A DNA stretch of 64,000 bases from Lepidodermella squamata (GCA_047495785.1 JBLDXI010000011.1:248001-312000); one strand, 5' to 3'; positions 49,915 to 61,941 are shown, counted from the stretch's first letter. Program-made: numbers and translations. The notes: generated by a model from the sequence alone, not told the origin.

Positions 49915-49978
49915 ACTAGCTTCACCCGGGCTACTACTCATAGCTCTTTATTTCCCTACAAAATATCTCTGTGTTTAA

Positions 49979-50576
49979 ATGTTCTCTAAGCTTTTCGTTG
50001 TTGTAGCTTTCGTCGCTGCCGTTGGTGAGTGCAAAATATTAATGTGCAATTTTGATCTCGATCTATCTGTATGACAGATGCTGCAGCCAACTTCAACCCA
50101 GTGGCCTACCCTTGCAGCACGGCCTACTCAACGCTCACCGGCAAATCCCAAGCGGATTGTGAGAGAGCTTGCTTCGTGGAGGGATCGAAATGCCTCGGAT
50201 TCTCCCACACCGATGCGTCAAAAACCTGCCAGCTGAGCCCGACTTGCCCCAAGTTGAGTTCCCATGTGAGGCCGGGTATCAAGGTCTACGCTAAGGATGA
50301 CAGTAAGTTTTGATCATGGAAATTTCAACTTTACCTTAGTTTCTTCGACTTTCAGAACTTGCGAAATTCAAGGCGGTTGACTTCAAGTGCAATGCATCTT
50401 CTATTAGAAGAACGAAAGCCGGTCTGACGTACGCTGATTGCGCCGCTAGCTGCCTCGGCGACCGTGGTTGTCGTGCGTATACCCTGTTAGGCGCCTTCGG
50501 GTACTGCTCATACTACGCCTCTTGCGAGCCGTCTGCATGGAAGCCTGATCCTCGTGACACCTACTTCGTTTTGTAG
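49979..50576 (+). CDS. D1: secreted protein with two PAN/apple-like domains (~163 aa); exons 49979-50024, 50078-50302, 50356-50576
   Basis: Signal peptide; DCERAC...KCLGFSH...TCQL and DCAASC...GCRAYT...YCSYY fit the PAN cysteine pattern; phase-1 introns. Confidence 0.8.
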
Positions 50577-51200
50577 ATTGCTGCACGCAATGCAGAATGG
50601 ATAGGCGGGTGTGGAGGTGCTTAGTTCTGTTGCGATTGGCAGTTGTTCCGTTGAATGAAGCAATGTAATAAAAAAATGCGAATGAAAGAGTTGACATGGC
50701 TGTTCAAAAACCTAGTAATCACACCGAATTTCTCCAAATTGGATTTTTTACTTTTTAAAGTAAAACAGTGCCAAAGATTCGACTACAGTGCGACCTCCAT
50801 AATTTGTTTTATTTACGGTGAAAAAAACAGGCGTCGTTAGCAACGAAATTTAAGCCCTGTGAGCGGATTTCCAGCTTTTCCAGCTTTCCAGACTTGACGG
50901 TCACGCGGTGTTATCTCGTCCAACACCCAAGTTCTACATTTACAGACCGCTGTATTTTATTTAAACTTATCGAGGTTGCGAATCAAAAATATCGTGCGCA
51001 CGCGATTTTTTCGAGTTTTTTGCTTTCATAAATACTACAACCCATTAAAATTAATGAAAGTTTACTGAATTCGTTCCGGCTTTTTAATTAAAACATGGCT
51101 AACCAGTAAAATCATCGTCGCCTAAGCAACTAAGGAAAAACCTTGGCGACGCACTTATGATATATACATTGTCAGCAATTTAACAGCCCTCTCTAGCTGC

Positions 51201-51660
51201 CAGGGGCGTAACCAGGGGTGTGTTTTTTAAGTCCGGTCTGAAAGAAGTTCAGTTGGTTCGACTCTTTTTTGAACGGTCTAAAAGCGTCATGTGCTGCACG
51301 TGCTGTGAAAAGGGTGAAGACCAAGAAGACCGTGTTGCCATAATATCAAGTGAAATGGGGTGGCTAGTTAAATTGGAATCTGAGTAAAATTCAGCTGAAA
51401 AAAAAACAAAAAATATACCAAAAAGTTCTAGAAGTGAACGGTGTTCATACGGCCACATCCTCCCATCATCCTCCGTGCTCCTTTGAATGAAGTTGTGGTA
51501 ATTTGTGATTATTACCCCATTTCACTTGATATTATGGCAACACGGTCTTCTTGGTCTTCACCCTTTTCACAGCACGTGCAGCACATGACGCTTTTAGACC
51601 GTTCAAAAAAGAGTCGAACCAACTGAACTTCTTTCAGACCGGACTTAAAAAACACACCCC
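51201..51660. mobile_element. Perfect 146-bp inverted repeat (51215-51360 / 51515-51660) preceded by a hAT-MITE-like CAGGGGCGTAACC end
   Basis: The arms appear to be exact reverse complements around a 154-bp spacer. Confidence 0.85.
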
Positions 51661-52602
51661 AGGGAAATGTTTTGGTAGTTGTTATGGATCCGAGAGTGAA
51701 ATACTCATTTTCCTCAGGATAATCTTATAGGTCGGCGAGCGCCTATTTTCAATAGGAATTATTATTGAAAATTTGACAAACATTTCTTCCACGTTTTTAG
51801 CGATTTTAGCTTTTTTCTAGAGATCTAGCATTTATGGAATTTACACGTATAGCTATTTTTCGATGATTTAGAATAAAATTATTTACAGGGTTTCCGCTGT
51901 AGGCCATTCATTTCTGGCGAATTTTTCACCTAAAATTGCGAGAAAACGTATGAGCAGCGTAGTCGTGAAGACAGCTCGTTTTTACGCTGGCATCACGCCG
52001 CTGTGCCTTAAAAATGGTGCGTTGAAAATCGATAATACACACCAAAAAAAGCTCGAAAGTAAAGTTGCAAAACTCGCCTAGTATGTCACTTCCGTCATCT
52101 TTGACTCATCATCAATCATCGTCAAATGGGAAACAATTTTCTGAACTCCGTCGAATCAATAATAACAACAGTTGTTTTTTATTTCAACTGACATTCTTCT
52201 CCCATTCATTTTCATCCGTGACCGTTCGGCTTAAATAATGCTGCATTTTGCGGCGAACGGCAAAAATACTTGGGCGATTAGGATCTCGTGAGAGAGTAGA
52301 AGTTCATCGGTTTAAGTTTCATAATTTAGAGGCAGTTCCAGTTGATGTTCACTCAAGGCACTTCGTAAAATTGTCGCTCGTTTTCCTTACCCAAGTGCGT
52401 GTCGGTCCGTGCAAGTTGGAAGAAGCCGCGCCAGCTGAATAACTTGCACCGAGCCCATTGACGAAAAAGATCGATTAATACCGACTCCACGAGCTTACGT
52501 GGCAATTGCCAAAAACGGCTTATAAAAATTTCGCTTCACCCGAGCTATTTCTCATATCTCTCAATTTTCTTGAAACTTTTGTTGTAGATTTTCCAGTTGA
52601 AA

Positions 52603-53216
52603 ATGTTCTCCAAGCTTTTCGCTGCTTTAGCTCTCGTCGCTGCAGTTGGTGAGTGAGCACGTTTCTCCTGTGATGTTACAAGTGCGAATGATTATTGTGA
52701 CAGATGCTGCGAGCAACTTCAACCAACTTTCATACCCATGCAACTCAACCGACTCGACGCTTGAAGGCAAATCTCAAGCCGACTGTGAGACATCTTGCCT
52801 CATGGCGGGCTCGAATTGCCTCGCATTTTCCCACAATAGTGCGACGAACGTTTGCCAGTTGAGCTCGAAATGCATCAAGTCGAAGGCCTCAATGCCAAAA
52901 GGTGTCAAAGTCTATGCCAAAAATGACAGTAAGTTTCAGTGAATGATTCCGCAATTTTAAATTTCCATTTTACAATAATGATCATTTGCTCTGTCTTTCA
53001 GACATTGCGAAGTTTTCGGTGGTCGACTACCAGTGCAATTCGACGTATAAAAGAGAGAGGGCCAGCTATACGATTGCAGATTGCGCTGCTGTTTGCCTCG
53101 CAGACAAGAAGTGCCGTGGTTATACCAAGACACACTTCGGCTACTGCGCATTCTATAGTAACTGCGATCCATCGTCATCGAAGCCGTACGGTGGTGACAT
53201 TTTCTTCAAATTGTAG
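52603..53216 (+). CDS. D2: secreted double PAN/apple-like protein (~161 aa); exons 52603-52648, 52704-52928, 53002-53216
   Basis: Paralog of D1 with the same intron positions and phases. Confidence 0.8.
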
Positions 53217-53403
53217 ATTGATGTATTGAAGGCAGGAAAAATGCAGATGCAGAGCAATCTCTGCGAGTGTGAGTTATTCTGTTGAACACTGCCGAATAAA
53301 ATTGATGTGGAAAAAGAACCCTAACTGCTAAAACAATTTTATATCACGTTGCTTTATTTGTGATTCGCATTCTTTGTAACAGAAGAGATTGCAGAGGCCT
53401 TGA

Positions 53404-53781
53404 TCAAAGTTCCTCATTTTTAGCCTTCTCGTCGTAATCTGTCGCGAACTGTTCGAACAAGGCGTAGTCCGGCGCGTCCATTTTCGAACTCTGGAATTCG
53501 CGTAATATCTTTACAGCCTTGCGGTACATGCCCATCTCGCCCGCACACTGAGCCATGTACAGGACAACGTCCGCCTCGCGTTGATAAACCGGCAGGCCGG
53601 CCTTACAAAGATCTTGTATCATCTCTTTCGTCTTGAGGAAACCGGCGAAAGCTGAGGCGTAGTCTTTTGCAAAGAAAAGCTTGAAAGCATCGTCGAATGC
53701 CAACATTTCATCGCCGGAATTCAGAGCTGAGATCGTCACGGCGAATGCTGTGATTAATAGACCAAAAGTGGCGAATTTCAT
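53404..53781 (-). CDS. C4: small ER-luminal TPR-like protein (125 aa, ends NEEL)
   Basis: Signal MKFATFGLLITAFAVTISA; close paralog of C5. Confidence 0.88.
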   Translation of the reverse strand: MKFATFGLLITAFAVTISALNSGDEMLAFDDAFKLFFAKDYASAFAGFLKTKEMIQDLCKAGLPVYQREADVVLYMAQCAGEMGMYRKAVKILREFQSSKMDAPDYALFEQFATDYDEKAKNEEL

Positions 53782-53961
53782 TTTTTCAAAATAAAGTAGT
53801 TTTAAAATGAAGTTAAAACTATATCTCAAAGCTATGACTGTGAAGTGACACGTGGCGAGCGAAGCGAGCTTTAGCTGACGCTATTTGTCACACATTTTCT
53901 GGAAGAGTGACCATAAAATGGATCAAATCTTCTAATTTTTTAGTTTTTCAAAATGATCATT

Positions 53962-54053
53962 CGACCCCCGCGACCCTTGGACCGGTCCGCGACCCCTCAA
54001 AAATTGGCCCGCGACCTCCGCGGGGGTCGCGACCCACCGTTTGTGAAGCGCTG
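53962..54053. mobile_element. hAT-type MITE terminal remnant
   Basis: gcgaccc repeats ending in gggtcgcgacccaccgtttgtgaagcgctg, resembling hAT MITE ends. Confidence 0.5.
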
Positions 54054-54827
54054 ATTTAATTGGATCCTGAACGCCTCATCTCGGAAGGTGATGGCTACGA
54101 AGATTCTGTAAAAGCAATCATTCGATCAAGCTGGGTCCATATCATTTTCTTCGTTGGCAAGAGCTGAGATGTCCAACGATTCAGTTAAATAGACTGATTG
54201 TAAGAGAGCAGATGGCTCAGTGGTGAGAGAGGCTGCGTGTGGAATGGGTGAAAGACGGTTCCATGCTGCTTAGATGTCGTGCTTTTTCCCGGAGCTGGGA
54301 CATCCTCGCGACTCGCGAGGGTGTCCCAGCACCCCTGTACTTCGGCACTGTACTTTCGCTGCGAAACCTGAGCAACTCCGTTCGGCTTTGTAAATGCCGG
54401 TCTGGGTGTTCCGCGTTTCAGGACCAATAAGAGATCAACGGCTTTCTGAAGCACTTCTGTCCCAATTTCTTATCACACTGACCGGCGAACGCGAATGCTC
54501 CCCTCTCCTTTTCCCAAATGCGTACAAATTAGCTCTATGCTATGGCCGGTGGTCGGTGTACGAAGTGAGATCCTCGAGCTGGGCTGTACTTCTGGCCAGC
54601 GATTTTATCGGATCAAATGTGGTTTCTTCCGGGTACTTCGCACGCTGAACATATCAATAAGGTCAATTCTTTATTTCTTCGATTTAAATTATTTATTTAA
54701 TCCGAAGTAATGCACTGAAGGGTTGGCTTTGCCGAGAGGAAAGAATATCAGTCAAAACAGTAAATAATGAATTGTTCAATGTCATGCAAATGCAGACCGC
54801 CAAGCCTCGTAATTCGCCTGCACATTC

Positions 54828-55903
54828 TTAGAAAGGACATACATAACACGAGTCAAAACCGAATGCGCCATAACCGGGGTTAGGACTGAAACAGACTGGG
54901 CTCTGCGAAAGAAGCTGGCAGCAGTCTGGGTAACTTGAAGCTTCCAGTACATTGTTTCTGGTCGGCTACGAAATAACGAATAGATCACGATAAAAAAATC
55001 ACTCGAAAATGTACCTTCGCGGTGCCGGCTATATATGAGCTTCTTAAAGCAGTATATGGGAAGCGAACACAGTAAGCGTCTGGTCTCGCCGGATTATTTG
55101 AAGTCGTTATTTTGTAAGGATTAGAATCATCGACTCTTCCAATACACGCCACAACGGGTGCAGAGGCGGGAGCGTTAGGATTGCCTGGTGGCATGCCAGG
55201 AACGACCTCGTAGAGCAGACCTTTACCCGCTGCGTTCGCTGCGTTACAGCAGTCGCTGAATGACGAAAACTTATTTAACGCAGCGGAAGATGGCTGAAAT
55301 GTATATGAAGCTGTTAATTTCAATCTAAATAAATTTATATTCTTACAGCTGTATCTGTGATAAGGGCCGAGTTGCACGCGCCAGCATTCGATGTGCAGAA
55401 TGGAACGTTCGTTTTCGCGACCGTAGCCGCGTCGCCCATCGTTTGCGTTATCACGCACAGGTTATACGTTGGCTAATGCGTCAAATTTCAAAAATACAGA
55501 TTTTTGGGGTATACATAATTGCTAAACGTACAGCGATCATGCAACTTTGTCCCGCCGGGCATTGAGTGGCTGTAGTGGCGATACAATTCTTGGAAGAAGC
55601 ATCGCAGATATTAGCGGAGGGCGTGCACGATTGGCCGCTTGGGCATGAGGGCGAGGATGAGGATGCTGATTTCAGCACGCAGTTGCTTGTAGTGGAGTCG
55701 CAAACGTTGGCCGTTGCGACACAGGACGATCCGGAGTTGCAGGAACCGGCTGTTGACAGACAGCTCTGGCCATTAGGGCAAGTTGGGGCTGCAGGGGAAT
55801 CACTATTGGATGTTATCCTTGGGCATGGGGTTGTAGTTGCGGTGGGGCAAGCATTCGCAACGGCAAAAACACTGGCTAAGAGGGCAAGGATGGCGAATTC
55901 CAT
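54828..55903 (-). CDS. Cys-rich secreted protein A3 (~304 aa); exons 55903-55532, 55472-55347, 55293-55015, 54965-54828
   Basis: Divergent paralog of A1/A2 with the same three phase-0 introns; in frame to TAA. Confidence 0.88.
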
Positions 55904-56573
55904 TGATAAAAATGAACAGTTTTCAAATGATCCTGGGGTAGGAAATGTGGCAAAGCTTAAATATCATCAAACAGGGTTGAAAATATTCGGCTGCCCCGGT
56001 CTGCACTCAGGTTCAGGTGGCGTGCAGCCGTAGCTACGTCTCGCCGCATTCGTAGAATACACAGCCGAGGCGTAGCCTAATGATCGTCAAGGTGCCGGCA
56101 GACAGTAGTTTGTGATTCAACGGCATCCATTACATACTTCAAAAGCATAAAATTAGTTCATTCCTCTATTGCGTTGATAGCTTCAAGTAATAGCAAAAAA
56201 CTCAGATTAGTTTGATACGGTGAAGAGATAAGGCTCATCTCAGACGCACGTGAGGTCGAGACGAAAATCACGGCAAAACTTTCGTGACGCCGCCAGTTTT
56301 TCGTGACGTCGCATCTACTGAGTCATTCACGAGGCAAACATTGCTCGATTCTTCCATTTTATTCAAATTTACTTATGTCTTCAACTTCTTTAATCTTACG
56401 CTAGGAATTTTGAATTTTCGTCAAGCCCCGTCGCCGCGTCGCCTGACCTTCCCCGTTCCCCATCTCTGTCTCAAAAACTATGCCGAATTCTGTGAATTGC
56501 GTTGAACTCAGCATGGCCGAATTACCAAGAAAACGTTGAGAAATCGACAGGTCAGGACTGGACATAGTCATCT

Positions 56574-56855
56574 CTCTGGATCTCTGAGCGTAACACTTGG
56601 AAGCTTCTAATGGAAGCTTGATTTTCTCTCCGCCCTTGATTTAGCAATGAAATGAACTTATAAAGAGATCATATCTGCCCAAAGTCATTTGACGAGCTTG
56701 CATTGCAAGTTAGCGCGATCAACTAGATCATCGTTTCCTATGATAAGGGGAACAAGATCTTTTCAGACCATCAGGGTGAAGTTGTTCTCTCTACAAGTTC
56801 ATTTCATTGCTAAATCAAGGCCGGAGATTAAGTGTTACGGTTAGAAATCCAGAGG
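56574..56855. repeat. Imperfect inverted repeat (MITE-like)
   Basis: ccttgatttagcaatgaaatgaactt versus aagttcatttcattgctaaatcaagg; ctctgga...gtaacactt versus aagtgttac...tccagag. Confidence 0.7.
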
Positions 56856-57005
56856 CCAGCCATTTCAAATCTTCTCACACGAACTCACTTCAATCTGTCA
56901 ACGCAGCCAACTCCGCGTTTCGAAGGCTTCTGTGACGCATAACTTCACGACGCAAAAGACGAATCCAACTAGTTCATATACGATTTTTATTGAAGAAAAC
57001 TTTGC

Positions 57006-57383
57006 TCAAAGTTCCTCTTTCTTCGCCATCTCCTCGTAATCGCCCGCGTACCTTTCGAACAAGGCGTAATCAGGCGCGTCCATTTTCGAACTCTGGAATT
57101 CGCGTAACAACTTGGCAGCCTTGTGGTACATGCCCATCTGGGCGGCACACTGAGCCATCGACATAACAACATCCTCCTCGCGTTGAAAAACCGGCTGGCC
57201 GGCTTTTTTCAATTCATTTATCATGTCCCTGGCCTTGAGGAAACCAGCAAAAGCTGAGGCGTAGTCCTTCTCCATCATAAGTTTCCAAGCGTCGTTGAAA
57301 GCCATCATTTCATCGCCGGAATTCAGAGCTGAGATCAACCCAGCGAATGATGCGAATAAAAGGCAATTGGTAAGAAATTTCAT
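57006..57383 (-). CDS. C5: small ER-luminal TPR-like protein (125 aa, ends KEEL)
   Basis: Signal MKFLTNCLLFASFAGLISA; KEEL-stop. Confidence 0.88.
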   Translation of the reverse strand: MKFLTNCLLFASFAGLISALNSGDEMMAFNDAWKLMMEKDYASAFAGFLKARDMINELKKAGQPVFQREEDVVMSMAQCAAQMGMYHKAAKLLREFQSSKMDAPDYALFERYAGDYEEMAKKEEL

Positions 57384-58521
57384 TTTCCAACAAAATAAGC
57401 CGAGGTAGAAATTATGACGATGAAGCAGGCTATGGTGATGAAGCGACACGTCATCCATGCACGAAACAAAGAAACGTGGCTCAATGAGCTTTTGTTGAGC
57501 TTCTCTCGCTTTGCTGTAGTTTACATGTTAACTTTCAAATTAACACAACAATTTTATTTTCTTCTTCTTGCATGTTCAAAGCTGCATGCTATACCTTCCG
57601 AGGCACAATTCGTTAAGCAGTTGTTCACTACCTAGTCCAACGCTGAAGCCTGACTGATCTTTCGTCGTGAGTAGCCCCCTCTCCCTGATCCCTGGTCCCG
57701 CATAATGCCTCTGGTCTCTAATGCCTCTGCGGTCACCCATGATTCTGCGGCCTAAGCAATTATTTCCGGCCTACGTCATGGCGCTCGAGGAGAAAACTGA
57801 GCTGAAGTTCTAGACTAGTCCAGTCCGTTGCCAACACGTCCTGCCAACAGTTCCTCGATAGCCTGTCCAATTGTTGTGGGATTGTTCTGAATGATGAGAA
57901 CTTCTAAGCTGTTGGTGCACACTTCATAAAGAATATCAAAATCCCTCGTAAATTGGCCTTATAAAATGTATGTGAAGGTATAAAAGGCGCATTTTTTCTT
58001 CGTCTAGTTTGTCCTTCATATTTGTCGCAACGAAAATCATCGCTTATTGCTGCGCCAAGTTGTCATCTTTACACGCTAACAGATAATTTTGCTAAGCCTT
58101 TACGCGATAGTGGCAATGGACAAATATATTCAGAATGAAAAGCTCTAAATGGTGGTATTTTTTTAATTTCATTATCTTTTGGGCCGATTTTCCATCTCAA
58201 CGCCCTTGTCCTTTATATGGTTGGATAGAGTGTGAGCTACTGGTTTCAAAAGCTACTGGCTCGTCTGCAGCCGATGAAGCGCTAGGATATGTTGAGGGCT
58301 GAAATTCGTCAATTTCCTTTCAAAATGAGCTGAAGGAGGTATTTTATCTTGTAAATTCGATCGATTTCGGCAGTATTGCAAAGGTAAGAGTGCCCAGCCT
58401 CTTATCGTTTGTCTATGCTTTCGTTCTGTTGTAGACCCTGAACCTTTAGCCTTGCTATATCAAACTGGCGATCCTGCTCTCCAAAACATCAACATTTTGA
58501 CTGTATATCTTCATTCTACAC

Positions 58522-58597
58522 GGTAGTCCAGTGGATAGCAGTCTGCTGTGCATTGAGGGTCAATTGATCGTTACGCAAGAGTTTGATCCCCACCCGA
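58522..58597 (+). mobile_element. Possible tRNA-derived SINE head
   Basis: A-box-like TAGTCCAGTGG and degenerate B-box GAGTTTGATCCC ~45 bp apart; no intact cloverleaf. Confidence 0.4.
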
Positions 58598-58939
58598 ATC
58601 CGCCTTGATTCATCAATGACGCTCTACCCTGACGGGGGCTGACCACTCCATCGTGTTACGAAAGTGAGAAGTGGTAGATTGGGGTTGTCAGCGAGACTAA
58701 TCGCACTAATCGCTACTCGCTACCTAGCTGTCCGACTGAAAACACCCCAACAAGCGACCATAGGAGCGCTCCGAAGGTCGATGAAAATTAAGCGCTTTCC
58801 CATGCAGTTTTATTACTCACATAATTTGATAAAACAGTATCCCGCATAAGCGGCCAATTTCCCCAATCCATGCATAAATGCCGCACTGCTCACCCTACTG
58901 ACCTCTCTTCTCTTCGAGTGCAGCATTAGGCGATGGGTT

Positions 58940-59300
58940 TTATAGTTTGGTGTAGTAATCGCAGTATAATTTGCCTGATTTGCGATCGAACCTCCAAAAG
59001 CCATCGAGGTGAAAATATGGACCAACGTTGAATCTGCAAGGCAAATCGGTATCTATCTGACGAGCGCCTTCTTGCGGCTGAGCAGCGGATTCGCGGCCCT
59101 TCTCGTCGCCAGTGTGCTTTGGGGCCTTGCCTCCGTTATGATTCTTGTGATTGTGAGGACATTTGCCGTTGCTTGGAATTGACAGAGCGATAACGACAAC
59201 GGCAGCCTGTTGGGGGAAAATAAATACAATTTTAAGCTGAATGGAGCTGACGGATAGGTCGTATTACCGAAACGGCCAAGTATAGAGCGAGCTTCGCCAT
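58940..59300 (-). CDS. E: small secreted prepropeptide (99 aa); exons 59300-59268, 59206-58940
   Basis: MAKLALYLAVS|AAVVVIALSIPSNGKCPHNHK...GARQIDTDLPCRFNVGPYFHLDGFWRFDRKSGKLYCDYYTKL*. A 61-nt GT-AG intron with a polypyrimidine acceptor splits the signal peptide. Confidence 0.7.
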
Positions 59301-60745
59301 GACGATTAGAGATGTTAAGAGTGGAAAATTCAAATGTTCTCAAAGACGAAAAATGAAAAATGAACTGAGCATTGTTGATTAGCTCGAAAACTACTTTTGA
59401 AAAAACATAACTAAAATAGAAAGTTGTTTCGCAGATATTTACTATTGACTTTGACCGACTGATTCAACAAGATGAGTAGCCGGGCGAGTGCTGCGAGCTA
59501 AGATAATGAAATACCCACGCTTTTACATTACCGTAAAGTTCGGAAAAAATCCCACTCTTATAATAAGACGCCTTCCGATTTAAGGCCCCAAGTCTTTACG
59601 ACGATAGAAGGAATACCCACTACTCTACTACGGGATCTTCCTGCCGAGTCTTGTTTAGTTCGATTTCGACTGCAATGTCAACACTTTTTAGATAATATAG
59701 TATCGCCCTGACCCGCGTGTGGTGTTCCGACGTCCACTTATACTACATGGCCAGTTCTTCGATGGCCTGTCCAATGGGATTGTTCGGTAGCAGTTGGATC
59801 ACCACCGGGCTGCTACGTTAGGCATCATTCCCTGCCCCACACCCCCTGGTTAGACTTCATAATTAGAAATTATACATTCGAATTTCGTTTCATTTCGCGG
59901 TTATATAACTCGGGGATTTCCAAATATGCGATTGATTTGAGCGTGCGTCATTTTCAGGGCTGTAATAGTTACAGGCCAACATTGTTATTATCGCAACCGG
60001 TTTCTATGAGTGGAAAGGTAGAGGAAATTTGGAATCTCAATGCTCGGAAATGTCGATGTTTCCACTTGGCAACTTTGAATTCGTAAGCTCGAGATCCCGA
60101 CATTCATTATTCATCATATATTACCTGGGACAATAGGAAAATCGATTCTTTTGTCCCTCAGGTGCTGGAATACCCCCCTAGGGGAGATCTTCAGTCATCT
60201 TAGGCATCTTTCCTTCATCTTTCTGTGGATCTCTAACCATAACACCTGGAAGAGAATGTAATGTTCTTCTTCTCCGCATTTGATTATGGAAGGAAATGAA
60301 CTTGGAGAGAGGACAGCTTCACTCTGTCGGTCTCAAAAGATCTTCTTCCCCATTAAAGGACACGATGATCTAGTTGACCCGGAATTGAGCTTTATTTTCA
60401 CTTTCGATTGAGAGAAAATCACCCCAGCTCGGCTATACAGCCTACTATAGCGGTGATTCCATCTTCATATTTCAGTGTAAAATATGTAGGAATGTAGAAT
60501 CAAAATTAATATGTCATTGGGTAATTTATATTTTCATTGCGCATTGGTAATATTTGAGCGGAAATGAAAATCTGAACTTCACGCAATTTATGAAGCTTTA
60601 TCAGCAGAGCCGTTGAGTAGTCGTGAGAAGCCGTTGAGTAATCAACGAATTTTATAGATACACACACACGCACATGGAAGCACATCGACCGCTTTGATAC
60701 GTGCTCCTAGTAGAAAGAAGGACTTCCAATGTCATCAAAGTTGCA

Positions 60746-61941
60746 ATGATTAAGCTGGCTTCGCTTCTGTTAATCATCCTGTTGATATCTAGCACTACCA
60801 TTGGGGATTTAGAGTTCAGCGAGGTCGAGTCTATCGTCAGCATTTCTCGCGAGTCGTGCCCTTTCGCCTACTCTCAGCTGCTGCACAACCACCGCATCAG
60901 TGGGATCAAGCCATCACCAATTGCTATTGAAACGAGCATCATGTTGAAAAACCCTGTTAACATCCATGAAACTAGCCGGCAGATTGTAATGCTATCGGAA
61001 ATAGGCGTGACATGGCGTTGGCCGTGCGATATGGATGCTTTCTGTGAGAAGCTCGCGGCAGCCAACGTGGCTGGATGCGATTCAATTGGCGAATCGGAGT
61101 TCTACATGTATGCGTCGATTGGCGAAGTGTGGAGTCCCACGATTAACCACAGAAACGCAGTTTCCAGCCCTAAAGCTGTAATGGAGTGAGAATAGACATC
61201 GAGTTTCTTAGGCTGCGTTTTAAATGCATGTTTTTCAGGTCTATACCCCAGTCGGGGATGAAAATCTATCCGTTCCGTGGCTTCTCGTCGTGGAACACTT
61301 CAGCCAAGTTGGAATCGCAATGCACGGAAAAATCGAAAATTTCCCAATTTCCGTTCGATAGCTTTAAATGCACCGTCATCCTAGGAAGCTACGGAGTCTC
61401 CATCAACGACGTCTCTTTCGACATCCGCCTTGAGCCCAATGAGGAGGTCAGCGATGTATGGATGTTCAAGCAGAATAATAATTCCTGGAATGCAACCAAA
61501 ATCGCGATGAAACTGACTTTCAAGCGCAAGCCGTTGTTCATCGTCCAACAAGTCATTGTGCCTTGTTACATTCTGGCCGTGCTTCAAATTCTAGGCCTGT
61601 TGATGCCTGCTAAAACGCCAGACCGGCCTGTTTACAACATAACAGTCCTCCTGGCATTCTTCGTAATTCTCGACATGATTTTCGCAGCGATTCCCCCATC
61701 ACCAGACCCACTTTTCTTAGCGATTTTGATCGAGACGAAAATTGTTATCGGAGCGGTTCTTACGCTGTACTCGCTTGCCACCCTCCGCTTTACGAAACGG
61801 GGTCTGTCAAAACGACTCGTTACGCGGTTGTGCTACGTTTCACTAACAGTCATCGACGTAATGGACCTGGTTGCAGCGGTTACCATCGTAGCCATTTCAA
61901 GCGCAGTTGATGCAGTTCTGTTCTACAAAATGCTGGAATGA
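60746..61941 (+). CDS. L7: divergent Cys-loop ligand-gated ion channel subunit without the extra N-domain (~380 aa); exons 60746-61185, 61239-61941
   Basis: Signal peptide; VWSPTINHRN; CTEKSKISQFPFDSFKC; KRKPLFIVQQVIVPC; PDRPVYNITVLLAF; four TM helices. Confidence 0.88.

Noticed and set aside
51249-51626. Two ORFs with identical C-termini on opposite strands
   Set aside because: By-product of the perfect inverted repeat.
54190-54650. Possible restriction-endonuclease-type LINE C-terminal remnant (KCRSGC)
   Set aside because: Too degenerate to support.
58522-58597. Functional tRNA gene
   Set aside because: B box is degenerate and no cloverleaf can be formed; kept only as a possible SINE head.
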